From: Oscillospiraceae bacterium
Lineage (GTDB): Bacteria; Bacillota_I; Bacilli_A; RFN20; CAG-826
Reading direction: 5' to 3'
Assembly (NCBI GenBank): GCA_963644615.1
Contig: CAVIPP010000001.1
Span: 31,120-74,636, forward strand
DNA length: 43,517 nucleotides
Position numbers and translations under genes: made by a program. The notes under the pieces are model-generated. The model saw only the letters and a list, made by a program, of their open reading frames with translations. It did not search any database and was not told the origin of the DNA. Positions 29,426 through 39,220 of this stretch are shown in pieces (the first letter of the stretch is position 1; each line of letters begins with the position of its first letter).

Positions 29426-31149
29426 TGAAAAGATCTACCAAACTTACTTTGGGTTCAGTTGGTCTCCTCCTTTCTATTTTCGCCGTCAGCGGATGTACAG
29501 CAAATTTTTGTTCAGAATATGATAAAGCACGCATTTTATATGCTTACGATCCAGGTGTTTCAACTTATATTGACGGTGACGAACTTCAAAAATTCAAAGA
29601 TTATGATGCTTTGCATCGTCAGTTAGCTGAAGAACAAAAAGAAGGCAGTGGAGATTATTATTACTATTCAGAAGAACCTATTTTTGAAGGTGGTAACCTT
29701 TACAGAAGAGTTGCCTATCGTGCAGATGGTGCTTTTTATCAATCGTTAAATGTTAAAATCTCAATTTTAGATGAAAACGGAGATAAGATAATCGTTTCTG
29801 CTCTCGACGCATTTAAAGAACAAAGAGAGAATCAAAAATTAGACCCACAAGAATATGTGAACACTCTTGTTAAATCAGCATATGATAAAACTGTTAGTAG
29901 TGGCGGAACTCGTCCAAGTGCTGAATTTTATTATATGTACGACCAAGTTGTTTTAGAGGCTTGTGTTATTTATTACAATTCACAACAACCTGTTAATCAA
30001 CAAGTTGAATTTAAAGATTTAACCGCTAGTAAGGTCACTGAAATTATGGATGCTTTTGGAGAAGCAAAATTCCTTTATGACGAAGCTATCGACGGTGGTA
30101 AAAAGATGTTTGCAAACACTGAAAGATACTATCGTATGGCAACTATAAGACTTGAACAACAATATCCAGGTCGAGGTGTTGAATATTCTGCGAGTGAAGA
30201 ATATTTGTCCTTCTATGTATCGGCACTTAATACTCAAATTACAAATACTCGTTCATGTATAACAACTATCGATCGTGGAAGCGATTATCGATATGGTAAT
30301 TATGGTACCTATGGTACGTCTATTTCGTTTTCAACTAAGGATTGGGGATATGCGTGGTCAAAAGGTTTCCTTGAAGGATTACTTATTTATCCAGTCGCGT
30401 GGTTGATTGACTCGTTTACAAACGCTTTTGGTGGACCAACTTCTAATGCTTTGCCTCAACTTTTAGCACTCGTCCTTGTCACTATTATTGTTCGACTTGT
30501 CATATTTGCAGTTTCGTTTAAATCGACAATGCAACAGCAAAAGATGCAAGCATTACAACCTGAACTTGCTAAAATACAGGCTAAATATCCTAATTCAAAC
30601 ACAAACCAAGCTGAAAAACAGAGACTTGCTCAAGAGCAATCACAGCTCTATAAGAAGAACAAAATTAATCCGTTCTCTCAACTTTTAGTGCTTATTGTTC
30701 AATTCCCTGTCTTCATTTGTGTCTGGGGTGCTATGCAAGGTTCAGCTGTCCTTTCTAGTGGTGAATTTTTAGGACTTCATCTTTCAACATCGATTATGAG
30801 TGCTTTAAGTAATTTCACTAATTGGCCATCTAACGGTGGTTGGTGGACTGCTTTAGTCTTGTTCCTACTTATGGCTACTTCACAATTCTTATCAATGAAA
30901 CTTCCACAGTGGATTCAAAATTCAAAAAATAAGAAACGTGGTGGTAGATTGATGAAGAACCCTGCTCAAGATCAACAAGGTAAAACAATGAAGATTGTCA
31001 GTTATGTTATGCTAGCGGTCATCATCTTCATGGGATTCTCATTACCTGCTGCAATGGGTGTTTATTGGCTTATATCTGCGTTAGTTAGTTTAGCGCAATC
31101 ATTTATCACTCAAGCCATCTTATCTCATAAAAAGAAAAATAAAAAATAG
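29425..31149 (+). CDS. yidC: membrane protein insertase YidC with a large N-terminal lipoprotein ectodomain
   Basis: Lipobox LLSIFAVSG|C at residues 16-24. The YidC/Oxa1 core starts at about residue 320 (YPVAWLIDSF...KMQALQPELAKIQAKY...INPFSQLL...). The protein is 574 aa. Confidence 0.9.
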   Translation: MKRSTKLTLGSVGLLLSIFAVSGCTANFCSEYDKARILYAYDPGVSTYIDGDELQKFKDYDALHRQLAEEQKEGSGDYYYYSEEPIFEGGNLYRRVAYRADGAFYQSLNVKISILDENGDKIIVSALDAFKEQRENQKLDPQEYVNTLVKSAYDKTVSSGGTRPSAEFYYMYDQVVLEACVIYYNSQQPVNQQVEFKDLTASKVTEIMDAFGEAKFLYDEAIDGGKKMFANTERYYRMATIRLEQQYPGRGVEYSASEEYLSFYVSALNTQITNTRSCITTIDRGSDYRYGNYGTYGTSISFSTKDWGYAWSKGFLEGLLIYPVAWLIDSFTNAFGGPTSNALPQLLALVLVTIIVRLVIFAVSFKSTMQQQKMQALQPELAKIQAKYPNSNTNQAEKQRLAQEQSQLYKKNKINPFSQLLVLIVQFPVFICVWGAMQGSAVLSSGEFLGLHLSTSIMSALSNFTNWPSNGGWWTALVLFLLMATSQFLSMKLPQWIQNSKNKKRGGRLMKNPAQDQQGKTMKIVSYVMLAVIIFMGFSLPAAMGVYWLISALVSLAQSFITQAILSHKKKNKK

Positions 31150-31167
31150 TCAAGGAGTTATATAAAA

Positions 31168-31770
31168 ATGAAAGAATTTAGTGCAAAAACAGTCGAAGAA
31201 GCTGTTGAAAATGCTTGCCAAGAACTTGGAATCGAAGCGACCGAACTCGTCTATGACGTCGTTGAAGAAAAGAAATCATTATTTGGTAAAAAAGCCACAA
31301 TTAATGTTTACGAATTTTCTGATGTTGTCGCCTTTGCTCAAGAATATATTAAAAATGTTCTCGAAAGTTTAGGCATTGGTGAAGTCGGAACAAGCGCTTA
31401 TTTAAACGATAATATCATTCATATTGAAATTGATAGTGATCACAACCCAATTTTAATTGGAAAAAACGGTGTAACTCTTCAATCTTTAAATGAAATTGTC
31501 CGTTTAGCGGTTTCTGGCAAATTTAGAAAAAGATATAGAATATTACTCGATATTGGTGAATATAAAAACAACAAATATTCACGAGTTGCCTCTATCGCTA
31601 GAAAAACTGCAAAACAAGTTCAAAAAACTAAAATTGATGTGACATTAAGTCCAATGCCTTCTGATGAAAGAAGAGTCATCCATAAAGCGCTCAGCAATTT
31701 TTCACATATCGCGACTGAATCAACAGGTGAAGGACGTCGTCGCGCTGTTACAATTAAATACGTTGACTAA
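31168..31770 (+). CDS. jag: Jag/KhpB RNA-binding protein (Jag_N, KH, R3H)
   Basis: 200 aa with the C-terminal R3H region LSPMPSDERRVIHKAL, in the conserved yidC-jag pairing. Confidence 0.9.
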   Translation: MKEFSAKTVEEAVENACQELGIEATELVYDVVEEKKSLFGKKATINVYEFSDVVAFAQEYIKNVLESLGIGEVGTSAYLNDNIIHIEIDSDHNPILIGKNGVTLQSLNEIVRLAVSGKFRKRYRILLDIGEYKNNKYSRVASIARKTAKQVQKTKIDVTLSPMPSDERRVIHKALSNFSHIATESTGEGRRRAVTIKYVD

Positions 31771-31793
31771 TTAATTTATTTAGTCTTCCTTAT

Positions 31794-33107
31794 ATGTTTG
31801 AAACGATTGTTGCTTTAGCAACACCACCATTAAAATCTGCATTAGCTATCATTCGACTTTCTGGTGATGACTGTTTTAATGTTGTAAATAAAGTTTTTGA
31901 TCAAAGTCTTACCAAAAAAGATAGAAGAAAAATTTATTATGGACACATTGTTGATAATAAAAAAAATATCGACGAAGTAATTTTACTGGCCTATATTTCT
32001 CCTCATTCATTCACAGGAGAAGACAGTGTTGAAATAATTTGTCATGGCTCAACATTAATCACAAATCAAATAATTCAGTTGCTATTATCTAATGGTGCAA
32101 GAATGGCGACCAACGGTGAATTTTCATCTCGTGCGTTTTTAAATAACAAGATTGATTTAGTTCAAGCTGAAGCAATTAATGATTTAATAAACGCCACAAC
32201 AATTGAAGGGCGTGATTTATCTATTTTATCTTTAGAAGGCAAAACGTCTTCTTTATTTAAACCTATTAAAAATAAAATAGGTGAGCTTTTAGCGAACATT
32301 GAAGTAAATATCGATTATCCAGAATATGAAGATATTGAAGAAATATCACGCGAAAAAATAAATGAATATTGTTTTGAAATTATTAATGAATTAGAAACGC
32401 TAATTAAAAATGCAGAAACTAGTAAACTTTATAATGAGGGAGTTAATATTGCTATTGTTGGTAAGCCAAATGTTGGTAAATCCTCATTACTTAATGCTTT
32501 TTTAAACGAAGACAAAGCAATTGTCAGCGATATTGCTGGCACAACTAGAGATGTTGTCGAAGGTGAAATTAATTTAGATGGAGTACCTGTTAGGCTATTT
32601 GACACGGCAGGATTTAGACAATCAAGCGATAAACTTGAATCACTTGGAATCAAGAAGATTAATGATGTTATAACTAAAGCTGATTTAATTATTTACGTCG
32701 CTAGTGATGAAGGAATTGATGAAGAATTATATTCAGAAATCAAAGATAAAAAACATATCGTTGTATTTAATAAATCTGACTTAATTAAAAATAAAAATTC
32801 TAACAATATCTATATAAGCGCTATCAATAATGATATTGAATCGCTAACAAATAAGATTAAGGAAATGATGGGTATATCTCTTCATAAAATTTCACCATCA
32901 TTTAATAATTCAAGACAACTCGGATTGCTTATTAAAATGGTTAATTATTTGAAGTGTGCTGTTAAAGATAACAGTGATAATCAACCAATCGATTTAATTT
33001 CTGTCAGTATTATGTCAGCGTATAATTGTGCTTTAGATTTGTTAGGAGAAAGCAACAAAAACGATTTAACTGATGAAATATTTTCTCGTTTTTGTGTTGG
33101 CAAATAA
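31794..33107 (+). CDS. mnmE: tRNA uridine-5-carboxymethylaminomethyl(34) synthesis GTPase MnmE
   Basis: IVALATPP N-terminus, G1 GKPNVGKSSLLN, G3 DTAG, NKSD, and the C-terminal CVGK motif. Confidence 0.95.
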   Translation: MFETIVALATPPLKSALAIIRLSGDDCFNVVNKVFDQSLTKKDRRKIYYGHIVDNKKNIDEVILLAYISPHSFTGEDSVEIICHGSTLITNQIIQLLLSNGARMATNGEFSSRAFLNNKIDLVQAEAINDLINATTIEGRDLSILSLEGKTSSLFKPIKNKIGELLANIEVNIDYPEYEDIEEISREKINEYCFEIINELETLIKNAETSKLYNEGVNIAIVGKPNVGKSSLLNAFLNEDKAIVSDIAGTTRDVVEGEINLDGVPVRLFDTAGFRQSSDKLESLGIKKINDVITKADLIIYVASDEGIDEELYSEIKDKKHIVVFNKSDLIKNKNSNNIYISAINNDIESLTNKIKEMMGISLHKISPSFNNSRQLGLLIKMVNYLKCAVKDNSDNQPIDLISVSIMSAYNCALDLLGESNKNDLTDEIFSRFCVGK

Positions 33108-33109
33108 AA

Positions 33110-33874
33110 ATGATCGATACACATTGTCATATCAATGACCCAGTTTATTCTTCTGATCCTGATAAGTATGTTAAGGAAGCCTTTGATAGTGGTGTCACCT
33201 CCTTGGTGGTTGTCGGTTATGATTATCTTAGTAGCCTCTTAGCAGTTCAAATTGCTGAAAAATTTGACAATGTATACGCTATTGTGGGCATCCATCCCTC
33301 TGATACAAAAAAAGCAAAGAAAGATGACTTAAAAGAAATTGAAAAATTATTGAAAAATTCGAAAGTAATTGCTATTGGAGAAATAGGCTTAGATTATTAT
33401 TGGGACAAAGATGAGAATGTTCAAAAATCACAAATAGAATATTTTAAAGTACAAATAGAACTAGCAAATAAACATAAACTCCCAATTGTTATCCATTGTC
33501 GTGAAGCTTATGGAGAATGTTTAGAAGTTTTAAAGAAACACTCTCCAAAATATGGTGGAATTATGCATTGCTATGCTGGCTCGCTTGAAATGGTTAAAGA
33601 CTTCGCTAAATTTGGATTATTGTTTGGTTTTGGTGGAGTTACTACCTTTAAAAATGCTGTCAAAGTAAAAGATGTCATTAAAAATATTGATGAAAATTTA
33701 TATGTCCTTGAGACAGATGCACCATATTTAGCACCAACTCCTCATAGAGGAGAACTCAATCATTCTAAATATCTACCATTAATTGCTAAAGAAATTGCTA
33801 ATTTAAGAAACGAAGACGTTGGTGAAATAATTTATCACGCCGATAATAACTTTAAGAGAGTGTTTAAAATATGA
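33110..33874 (+). CDS. tatD: TatD family metal-dependent DNase/hydrolase
   Basis: MIDTHCHIND..., GEIGLDYYW, VIHCREA, and ETDAPYLAP. Starts at ATG 33110, 3 nt after the mnmE stop. Confidence 0.93.
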   Translation: MIDTHCHINDPVYSSDPDKYVKEAFDSGVTSLVVVGYDYLSSLLAVQIAEKFDNVYAIVGIHPSDTKKAKKDDLKEIEKLLKNSKVIAIGEIGLDYYWDKDENVQKSQIEYFKVQIELANKHKLPIVIHCREAYGECLEVLKKHSPKYGGIMHCYAGSLEMVKDFAKFGLLFGFGGVTTFKNAVKVKDVIKNIDENLYVLETDAPYLAPTPHRGELNHSKYLPLIAKEIANLRNEDVGEIIYHADNNFKRVFKI

Positions 33875-34410
33875 AGAGAATTTTAAATGCTGTCTTAGTG
33901 GTTGAAGGTAAAAGCGACGTCGCGTTTTTAAGTAATTATATTGATGCTGAATATGTCATTACTAATGGTTCAGCATTATCAAAAGAGACGATTGATTACT
34001 TGAAAAACGTAATAAAAGATAAAGATGTCATTGTTTTAACTGATCCTGATTATCCTGGTAAAAGAATAAGAGATGAATTAGATAATAATATCAAAGGTCT
34101 TAAGCATTGTTTTATTACAAAAGAGCACGCAATTAAGCATGGAAAAGTTGGTGTTGCCGAAGCTGACATCGAAGAAATTTACGAAGCACTTGAAAATTTG
34201 TTTACAAATTTAGATAATAGAAAAGGTCTAATTACCTCTTTTGACCTATACAAATTAGGCCTAATATCTAAACCTGATTCATCGCTTAAACGTGATAAAG
34301 TTGCGAAGTCTCTTCATCTAGGACATGTAAATGGAAAGACTTTTCTTAAAAGAATCAATACCTTAGGTATTTCTTTAGAGGAATTAACGGAGGCCCTTAT
34401 TGATGAATGA
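33871..34410 (+). CDS. rnmV: ribonuclease M5 (Toprim domain, 5S rRNA maturase)
   Basis: VVEGKSDVAFL and VLTDPDYPGKRIR Toprim motifs, 179 aa, in the tatD-rnmV-rsmA order seen in Bacillus. Confidence 0.9.
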   Translation: MKRILNAVLVVEGKSDVAFLSNYIDAEYVITNGSALSKETIDYLKNVIKDKDVIVLTDPDYPGKRIRDELDNNIKGLKHCFITKEHAIKHGKVGVAEADIEEIYEALENLFTNLDNRKGLITSFDLYKLGLISKPDSSLKRDKVAKSLHLGHVNGKTFLKRINTLGISLEELTEALIDE

Positions 34411-35224
34411 AATAGAATTCTTTAATGACATTAAGACATATAAATTCCAAGCAAACAAATCTTTGGGTCAAAATTTCCTCGTTAAATGTGATGTTGCAAA
34501 AGCAATATGTGGTCAACTTTCATTAGAAGATGGAGACAATGTTCTTGAAATAGGAGCGGGTTTAGGTTCACTAAGTTATTACCTTGTTAAAAATGAGAAT
34601 GTTCATATAACTTTAATTGATATTGATGATAAGATGCTCATTAAACTTCAAAATGATTTTTCAAATTTAGAAAACGTTAGCATTGCTCGACAAAATATTT
34701 TGACTGCAAATCTAACTAATTTTACAAAGATAATTGGTAATTTGCCTTACTATATTACTTCTGGAATTATCGAACACATTTTATTGACTGCAAAAAACGC
34801 TAAAACAATAGTTTTAATGACTCAAAAAGAAGTAGTGGCAAAATTGATGCCAAACACAAAAACTGTTTCGCCTCTTTCTTTACTTCTTAATCATGTTGCT
34901 AGCATTGAACCATCTATTATTGTTGGACGTAGTAATTTTGTTCCAACTCCTCATGTTGATTCGGTTGTTTTCAAAATTGTTCCAAATGAAAATATTAAAA
35001 ATACAGATAATGAATTCATTTATAGACTCATGTGTAAAATCTTTCTTCACAAAAGAAAAACGGTATTAAATTGTCTATCTTCATTATTAAGTGATAAAGT
35101 CTTAGCCTCTAATATATTAAAAGAACTAAATATTGATTTCTTGCTTAGGCCAGAACAACTTAACATTGAACAATATATTGCTCTTTATGAAAAACTAACT
35201 GCAGAAAATTTATTTATAATATAA
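34403..35224 (+). CDS. rsmA: 16S rRNA (adenine1518/1519-N6)-dimethyltransferase
   Basis: KSLGQNFL, SAM motif LEIGAGLGSLS, and GNLPYYITS. The ATG at 34403 lies 9 nt after a GGAGG SD (34389-34393); the track start at 34400 is a TTG. Confidence 0.94.
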   Translation: MNEIEFFNDIKTYKFQANKSLGQNFLVKCDVAKAICGQLSLEDGDNVLEIGAGLGSLSYYLVKNENVHITLIDIDDKMLIKLQNDFSNLENVSIARQNILTANLTNFTKIIGNLPYYITSGIIEHILLTAKNAKTIVLMTQKEVVAKLMPNTKTVSPLSLLLNHVASIEPSIIVGRSNFVPTPHVDSVVFKIVPNENIKNTDNEFIYRLMCKIFLHKRKTVLNCLSSLLSDKVLASNILKELNIDFLLRPEQLNIEQYIALYEKLTAENLFII

Positions 35225-35238
35225 GGAACTTATAAGTT

Positions 35239-36087
35239 ATGTACATTAAAGCGTTTGCGAAAATTAATGCATATTTAGATGTATTGTCTAAAAGAGAAGA
35301 CGGCTATCATAATCTTGACATGATTATGCTTCCATTAGAACTTCACGATTCTCTTCAAGTGACATTTTTACCTTATTCTAATGATTCATATGTTGTCTGC
35401 GATCATGTTGAACTAAAAGAAACTAAATACAATTTGATAAATAAAACTCTTATTGAGATGAAAAACCGCTACAACATTAAAGATAATTTCAACATTATTG
35501 TTCATAAAGAAATACCTATTTCCGCTGGTCTTGGTGGCGGTTCTAGTAATGCCGCTGCGACAATTAAAGCATTATGTCATCTTTTAAAACTAAAATTATC
35601 TAAAGAAGAACTCTTAGATTTAGCTAAAACCCTTGGAGCGGATGTTCCTTTCTGTTTAGATAACATTCCTGCTCGTGTAAGTGGTATTGGTGAATCACTA
35701 AAACCAATAAAATTAAAAAAGAGATATAACGTTTTAATTATTAAACCCGAAGAAGGATTATCTACTAAGCATGTTTTTGAATACGCTGACACGATAAAAC
35801 TTGACCACGGGAACGGCGACAAAGTTGAAGAAGCACTCATCAGTGGTGATGATAATCTACTAGCAGAATCAGTTTTCAATTCTCTTGAGAAACCTTCTAT
35901 TAGTTTGTTAAGTAAAATTCAAGACATTAAAAATATGCTGTTTAATGATGGATTAAAAATCGTTCTTATGTCTGGTTCTGGAAGCGCTGTTTTTGCTCTT
36001 TCTAGTGACCATTCCTTAATGCAAAAACTATATAAAAAATACAAAAAAGAAGGCTATGATGTCTTCTTAACTAGAACATTAAATTAA
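35239..36087 (+). CDS. ispE: 4-diphosphocytidyl-2-C-methyl-D-erythritol kinase (MEP pathway)
   Basis: GHMP-kinase motif ISAGLGGGSSNAAA, N-terminus KAFAKINAYLDV, and C-terminal SGSGSAVFAL. Confidence 0.92.
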   Translation: MYIKAFAKINAYLDVLSKREDGYHNLDMIMLPLELHDSLQVTFLPYSNDSYVVCDHVELKETKYNLINKTLIEMKNRYNIKDNFNIIVHKEIPISAGLGGGSSNAAATIKALCHLLKLKLSKEELLDLAKTLGADVPFCLDNIPARVSGIGESLKPIKLKKRYNVLIIKPEEGLSTKHVFEYADTIKLDHGNGDKVEEALISGDDNLLAESVFNSLEKPSISLLSKIQDIKNMLFNDGLKIVLMSGSGSAVFALSSDHSLMQKLYKKYKKEGYDVFLTRTLN

Positions 36088-36342
36088 ATGTTAGTTAATC
36101 TTAATGATATTTATTTTGATGAATCTCTTGTCGCACATATCTCATCGTTTTCTAATAATATTTATGACATTAATGGCAATCAGGTAGGATTTGTAACTAA
36201 CGGTAATGAAGTCCATTTATTTGACTATATATTATTTGTTAATTATTTTGAAAAAGAAGTGTTGATTGGTGAGTTAATTGTTGGATATGTATCTACTAAT
36301 AATGATTTACATATAAATTCATCTTGTTTATTAGAAAAATAG
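36088..36342 (+). CDS. hypothetical 84-aa protein (no recognisable motif)
   Basis: The ORF abuts the ispE stop (TAAATG). It has no SD, no TM segment, and no similarity I can recognise. Its coding status is uncertain. Confidence 0.35.
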   Translation: MLVNLNDIYFDESLVAHISSFSNNIYDINGNQVGFVTNGNEVHLFDYILFVNYFEKEVLIGELIVGYVSTNNDLHINSSCLLEK

Positions 36343-36526
36343 TTATTGAGAGAAATTTATTCTGATGTTGTTTTAGACTATTTTTAGATTGTGTCTGCTA
36401 AATCAGATTTATTTCTCGGTTAATTTTAATTATTAGTTTGTTGTTATCACTTAATGCTAATTAAGGTTCTTTGCAATAAATTCATCCTTCATAAAACTGT
36501 TTTGTTTTTTGATGAAATTTTTTATA

Positions 36527-36557
36527 GAAAAAGCCACGCTCCAAATTGAAGCGTGGC
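36527..36557 (-). terminator. intrinsic terminator of ppdK
   Basis: gccacgct(36533-36540)/agcgtggc(36550-36557). The minus strand continues with TTTTT. Confidence 0.8.
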
Positions 36558-36577
36558 AATGTTTTCTTTAACTAAGA

Positions 36578-39220
36578 TTACTTTTTAGCTTTGCTACGAA
36601 TTGCAGCTTGTGCAGCAGCAAGACGAGCAACAGGAACACGGAATGGTGAACATGAAACGTAATCTAATCCAGCATCATGATAGAATTGGATTGAATTTGG
36701 TTCGCCACCAGTTTCACCACAAACACCAACATGTAGATTTGGTTTTGTAGCACGGCCTTCTTTAACAGAAAGTTTAATAAGTCTACCAACACCATGTTGA
36801 TCGAGTGTTTTAAATGGATCTTCTTCTAAAATCTTGTTGTTATAGTAATCTGGTAAGAATTTAGAGGCATCATCACGGCTGAAACCAAATGTTAATTGGG
36901 TTAAGTCGTTTGTACCAAATGAGAAGAATTCTGCTTCTTCAGCGATTTCACCAGAAAGAAGAGCTGCTCGTGGAACTTCAATCATTGTACCAATGTGATA
37001 TTTGAGGTTGACACCAGCTTCTTTAATAACTTCATCAGCGGTCTTCACGATGATTGCTTTAACAAACTTAAATTCTTTGAGATCTAAGGTTAATGGAATC
37101 ATGATTTCTGGTTCAATGTGTGTACCTAGTTTCTTATTAACTGCAATCGCGGCTTTTAAGATAGCACGTGTTTGCATTTCTCCAATTTCTGGATAAGAAA
37201 CGTCAAGACGGCATCCACGGTGACCCATCATTGGGTTAAATTCGTGAAGTTCTTCAATGCGTTTATGAATATAGGTGACACTGTGACCAGTTGCTTTTGA
37301 AAGTTCTTCAATCTTGTCTTCTTCTTGTGGAAGGAATTCGTGTAGAGGTGGATCTAATAGACGGATATTGACATTGAGTTCACCCATTTCTTCAAATAAA
37401 CCTTCAAAGTCTTTTTGTTGAAGTGGTTCGATTTCCGCTAAAGCGGCAACTCTTTCTTCTTTATTATCAGCAAGAATCATCTTTCTGAAGTGGAAGATTT
37501 TGTCCTTATCAAAGAACATGTGTTCAGTACGGCATAATCCAATGCCTTGTGCACCGAATACTTTAGCTTGGTGAGCATCTCTTGGAGTATCTGCATTAGC
37601 GCGAACTTTTAATGTTCTAGCTTCATCAACCCAAGCCATGAGTCGACCGAAGTTACCACTTGACAAATCAGGTGCAACTTTCTTAATGTCACCTTCGTAG
37701 ACACAACCAGTTGAACCGTCGATTGATAAGACATCATCTGGTCCATAAACTTTACCGTTAATAGTTAATGTTTTTTCTTCTTCGTTGATTAATGCAGCAG
37801 CACAACCAGTGACACAGCATTTACCCATACCACGGGCAACGACAGCAGCGTGTGAAGTCATACCACCACGCATAGTGAGGATACCTTCAGCGGCAATCAT
37901 ACCGATTAAGTCTTCTGGGGAAGTTTCAGCACGGACTAAGACAACTTTTTCGCCAGCGTTATGACGTGCTTCTGCTTCTTCAGCAGAAAATGCAATCTTA
38001 CCAGTACCAGCACCTGGACCAGCAGGATTACCTTTAGCAATCTTACGAGATTCAGCTTTTGCTAAATCATCTTTATCGAAGTTTGGAAGAAGTAATTTAT
38101 CGAATGATACTGGATCAATTCTTAAGACAGCTTCTTCTTTAGTGATTAAACCTTCATCGACCATGTCACAAGCCATCTTTAAGGCTGCAGCAGGTGTGCG
38201 TTTACCGCTTCTAGTTTGTAAGAAGTAGAGTTTTCCTTCTTCGACAGTGAATTCCATATCTTGCATATCGCGATAATGGAGTTCCATTTTCTTAATTGTT
38301 TCTTCAAATTGTTTATAGACGTCTGGCATACGTTTTTTGAGTTCATCAATGTGAAGTGGTGTACGAATACCAGCAACGACGTCTTCACCTTGAGCGTTTG
38401 GCAAATATTCGGCAGAAATTTCTTTTTCACCAGTTGCAGCGTTTCTTGAGAAAGCAACACCAGTGCCAGAAGTTTCGCCCTTATTTCCGAAGGCCATGGA
38501 TTGAACGTTGACGGCTGTTCCCCAGGAATATGGGATTGAATATTGCATACGATAGACGTTTGCACGTGGGTTATCCCATGAACGGAAGACAGCAGTAACT
38601 GCTTCGATTAATTGCACTTTTGGATCAGTTGGGAAATCTTCACCAAATGTTTTCTTATAGTATTCTTTATACTTTTTGACGAGTTCCTTAAGTTCGTCGG
38701 ATGTAACTTCTGTATCGAGGTTATAACCTTTTGCTTTCTTTAAATCATCGAGCATTTTATCCATGTCAGTACGTGGATGTCCTTTTGCGATGTTTGTAAA
38801 CATAAGGATGAAACGACGATATGAATCCCAAGCAAATCTTTCGTTTCCAGTTTCTTTAATTAAGGCTGCGACAGTTGTGTCATTTAAACCAAGGTTTAAG
38901 ATGGTATCCATCATACCTGGCATTGAGACTCGTGCGCCAGAACGAACTGAAACGAGAAGAGGCTTATGGGCTCCACCGAAGTTTTTGCCAGTTTGTTTTT
39001 CAACTCTAGCAATTCCATCATATATTTCTTTTACCAAATAATCTGGTAATTTCTTGCCACTTTCATAATAAAGTGTACAAGCTTCTGTGGTGATGGTGAA
39101 TCCTTCTGGAATTGGCACACCGATATGTGTCATTTCAGCAAGACCAGCACCTTTACCTCCAAGGAGTTCCTTACCTAAACCGTAAGCATCTTGGAAGTTA
39201 TAGACGTATTGTTTTGCCAT
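36578..39220 (-). CDS. ppdK: pyruvate, phosphate dikinase
   Basis: 880 aa with an ATP-grasp N-terminus (GGKGAGLAEM), the phosphohistidine motif GGMTSHAAVVARG, and a PEP-utilising C-terminus (GTNDLTQ, VCGE). Confidence 0.97.
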   Translation of the reverse strand: MAKQYVYNFQDAYGLGKELLGGKGAGLAEMTHIGVPIPEGFTITTEACTLYYESGKKLPDYLVKEIYDGIARVEKQTGKNFGGAHKPLLVSVRSGARVSMPGMMDTILNLGLNDTTVAALIKETGNERFAWDSYRRFILMFTNIAKGHPRTDMDKMLDDLKKAKGYNLDTEVTSDELKELVKKYKEYYKKTFGEDFPTDPKVQLIEAVTAVFRSWDNPRANVYRMQYSIPYSWGTAVNVQSMAFGNKGETSGTGVAFSRNAATGEKEISAEYLPNAQGEDVVAGIRTPLHIDELKKRMPDVYKQFEETIKKMELHYRDMQDMEFTVEEGKLYFLQTRSGKRTPAAALKMACDMVDEGLITKEEAVLRIDPVSFDKLLLPNFDKDDLAKAESRKIAKGNPAGPGAGTGKIAFSAEEAEARHNAGEKVVLVRAETSPEDLIGMIAAEGILTMRGGMTSHAAVVARGMGKCCVTGCAAALINEEEKTLTINGKVYGPDDVLSIDGSTGCVYEGDIKKVAPDLSSGNFGRLMAWVDEARTLKVRANADTPRDAHQAKVFGAQGIGLCRTEHMFFDKDKIFHFRKMILADNKEERVAALAEIEPLQQKDFEGLFEEMGELNVNIRLLDPPLHEFLPQEEDKIEELSKATGHSVTYIHKRIEELHEFNPMMGHRGCRLDVSYPEIGEMQTRAILKAAIAVNKKLGTHIEPEIMIPLTLDLKEFKFVKAIIVKTADEVIKEAGVNLKYHIGTMIEVPRAALLSGEIAEEAEFFSFGTNDLTQLTFGFSRDDASKFLPDYYNNKILEEDPFKTLDQHGVGRLIKLSVKEGRATKPNLHVGVCGETGGEPNSIQFYHDAGLDYVSCSPFRVPVARLAAAQAAIRSKAKK

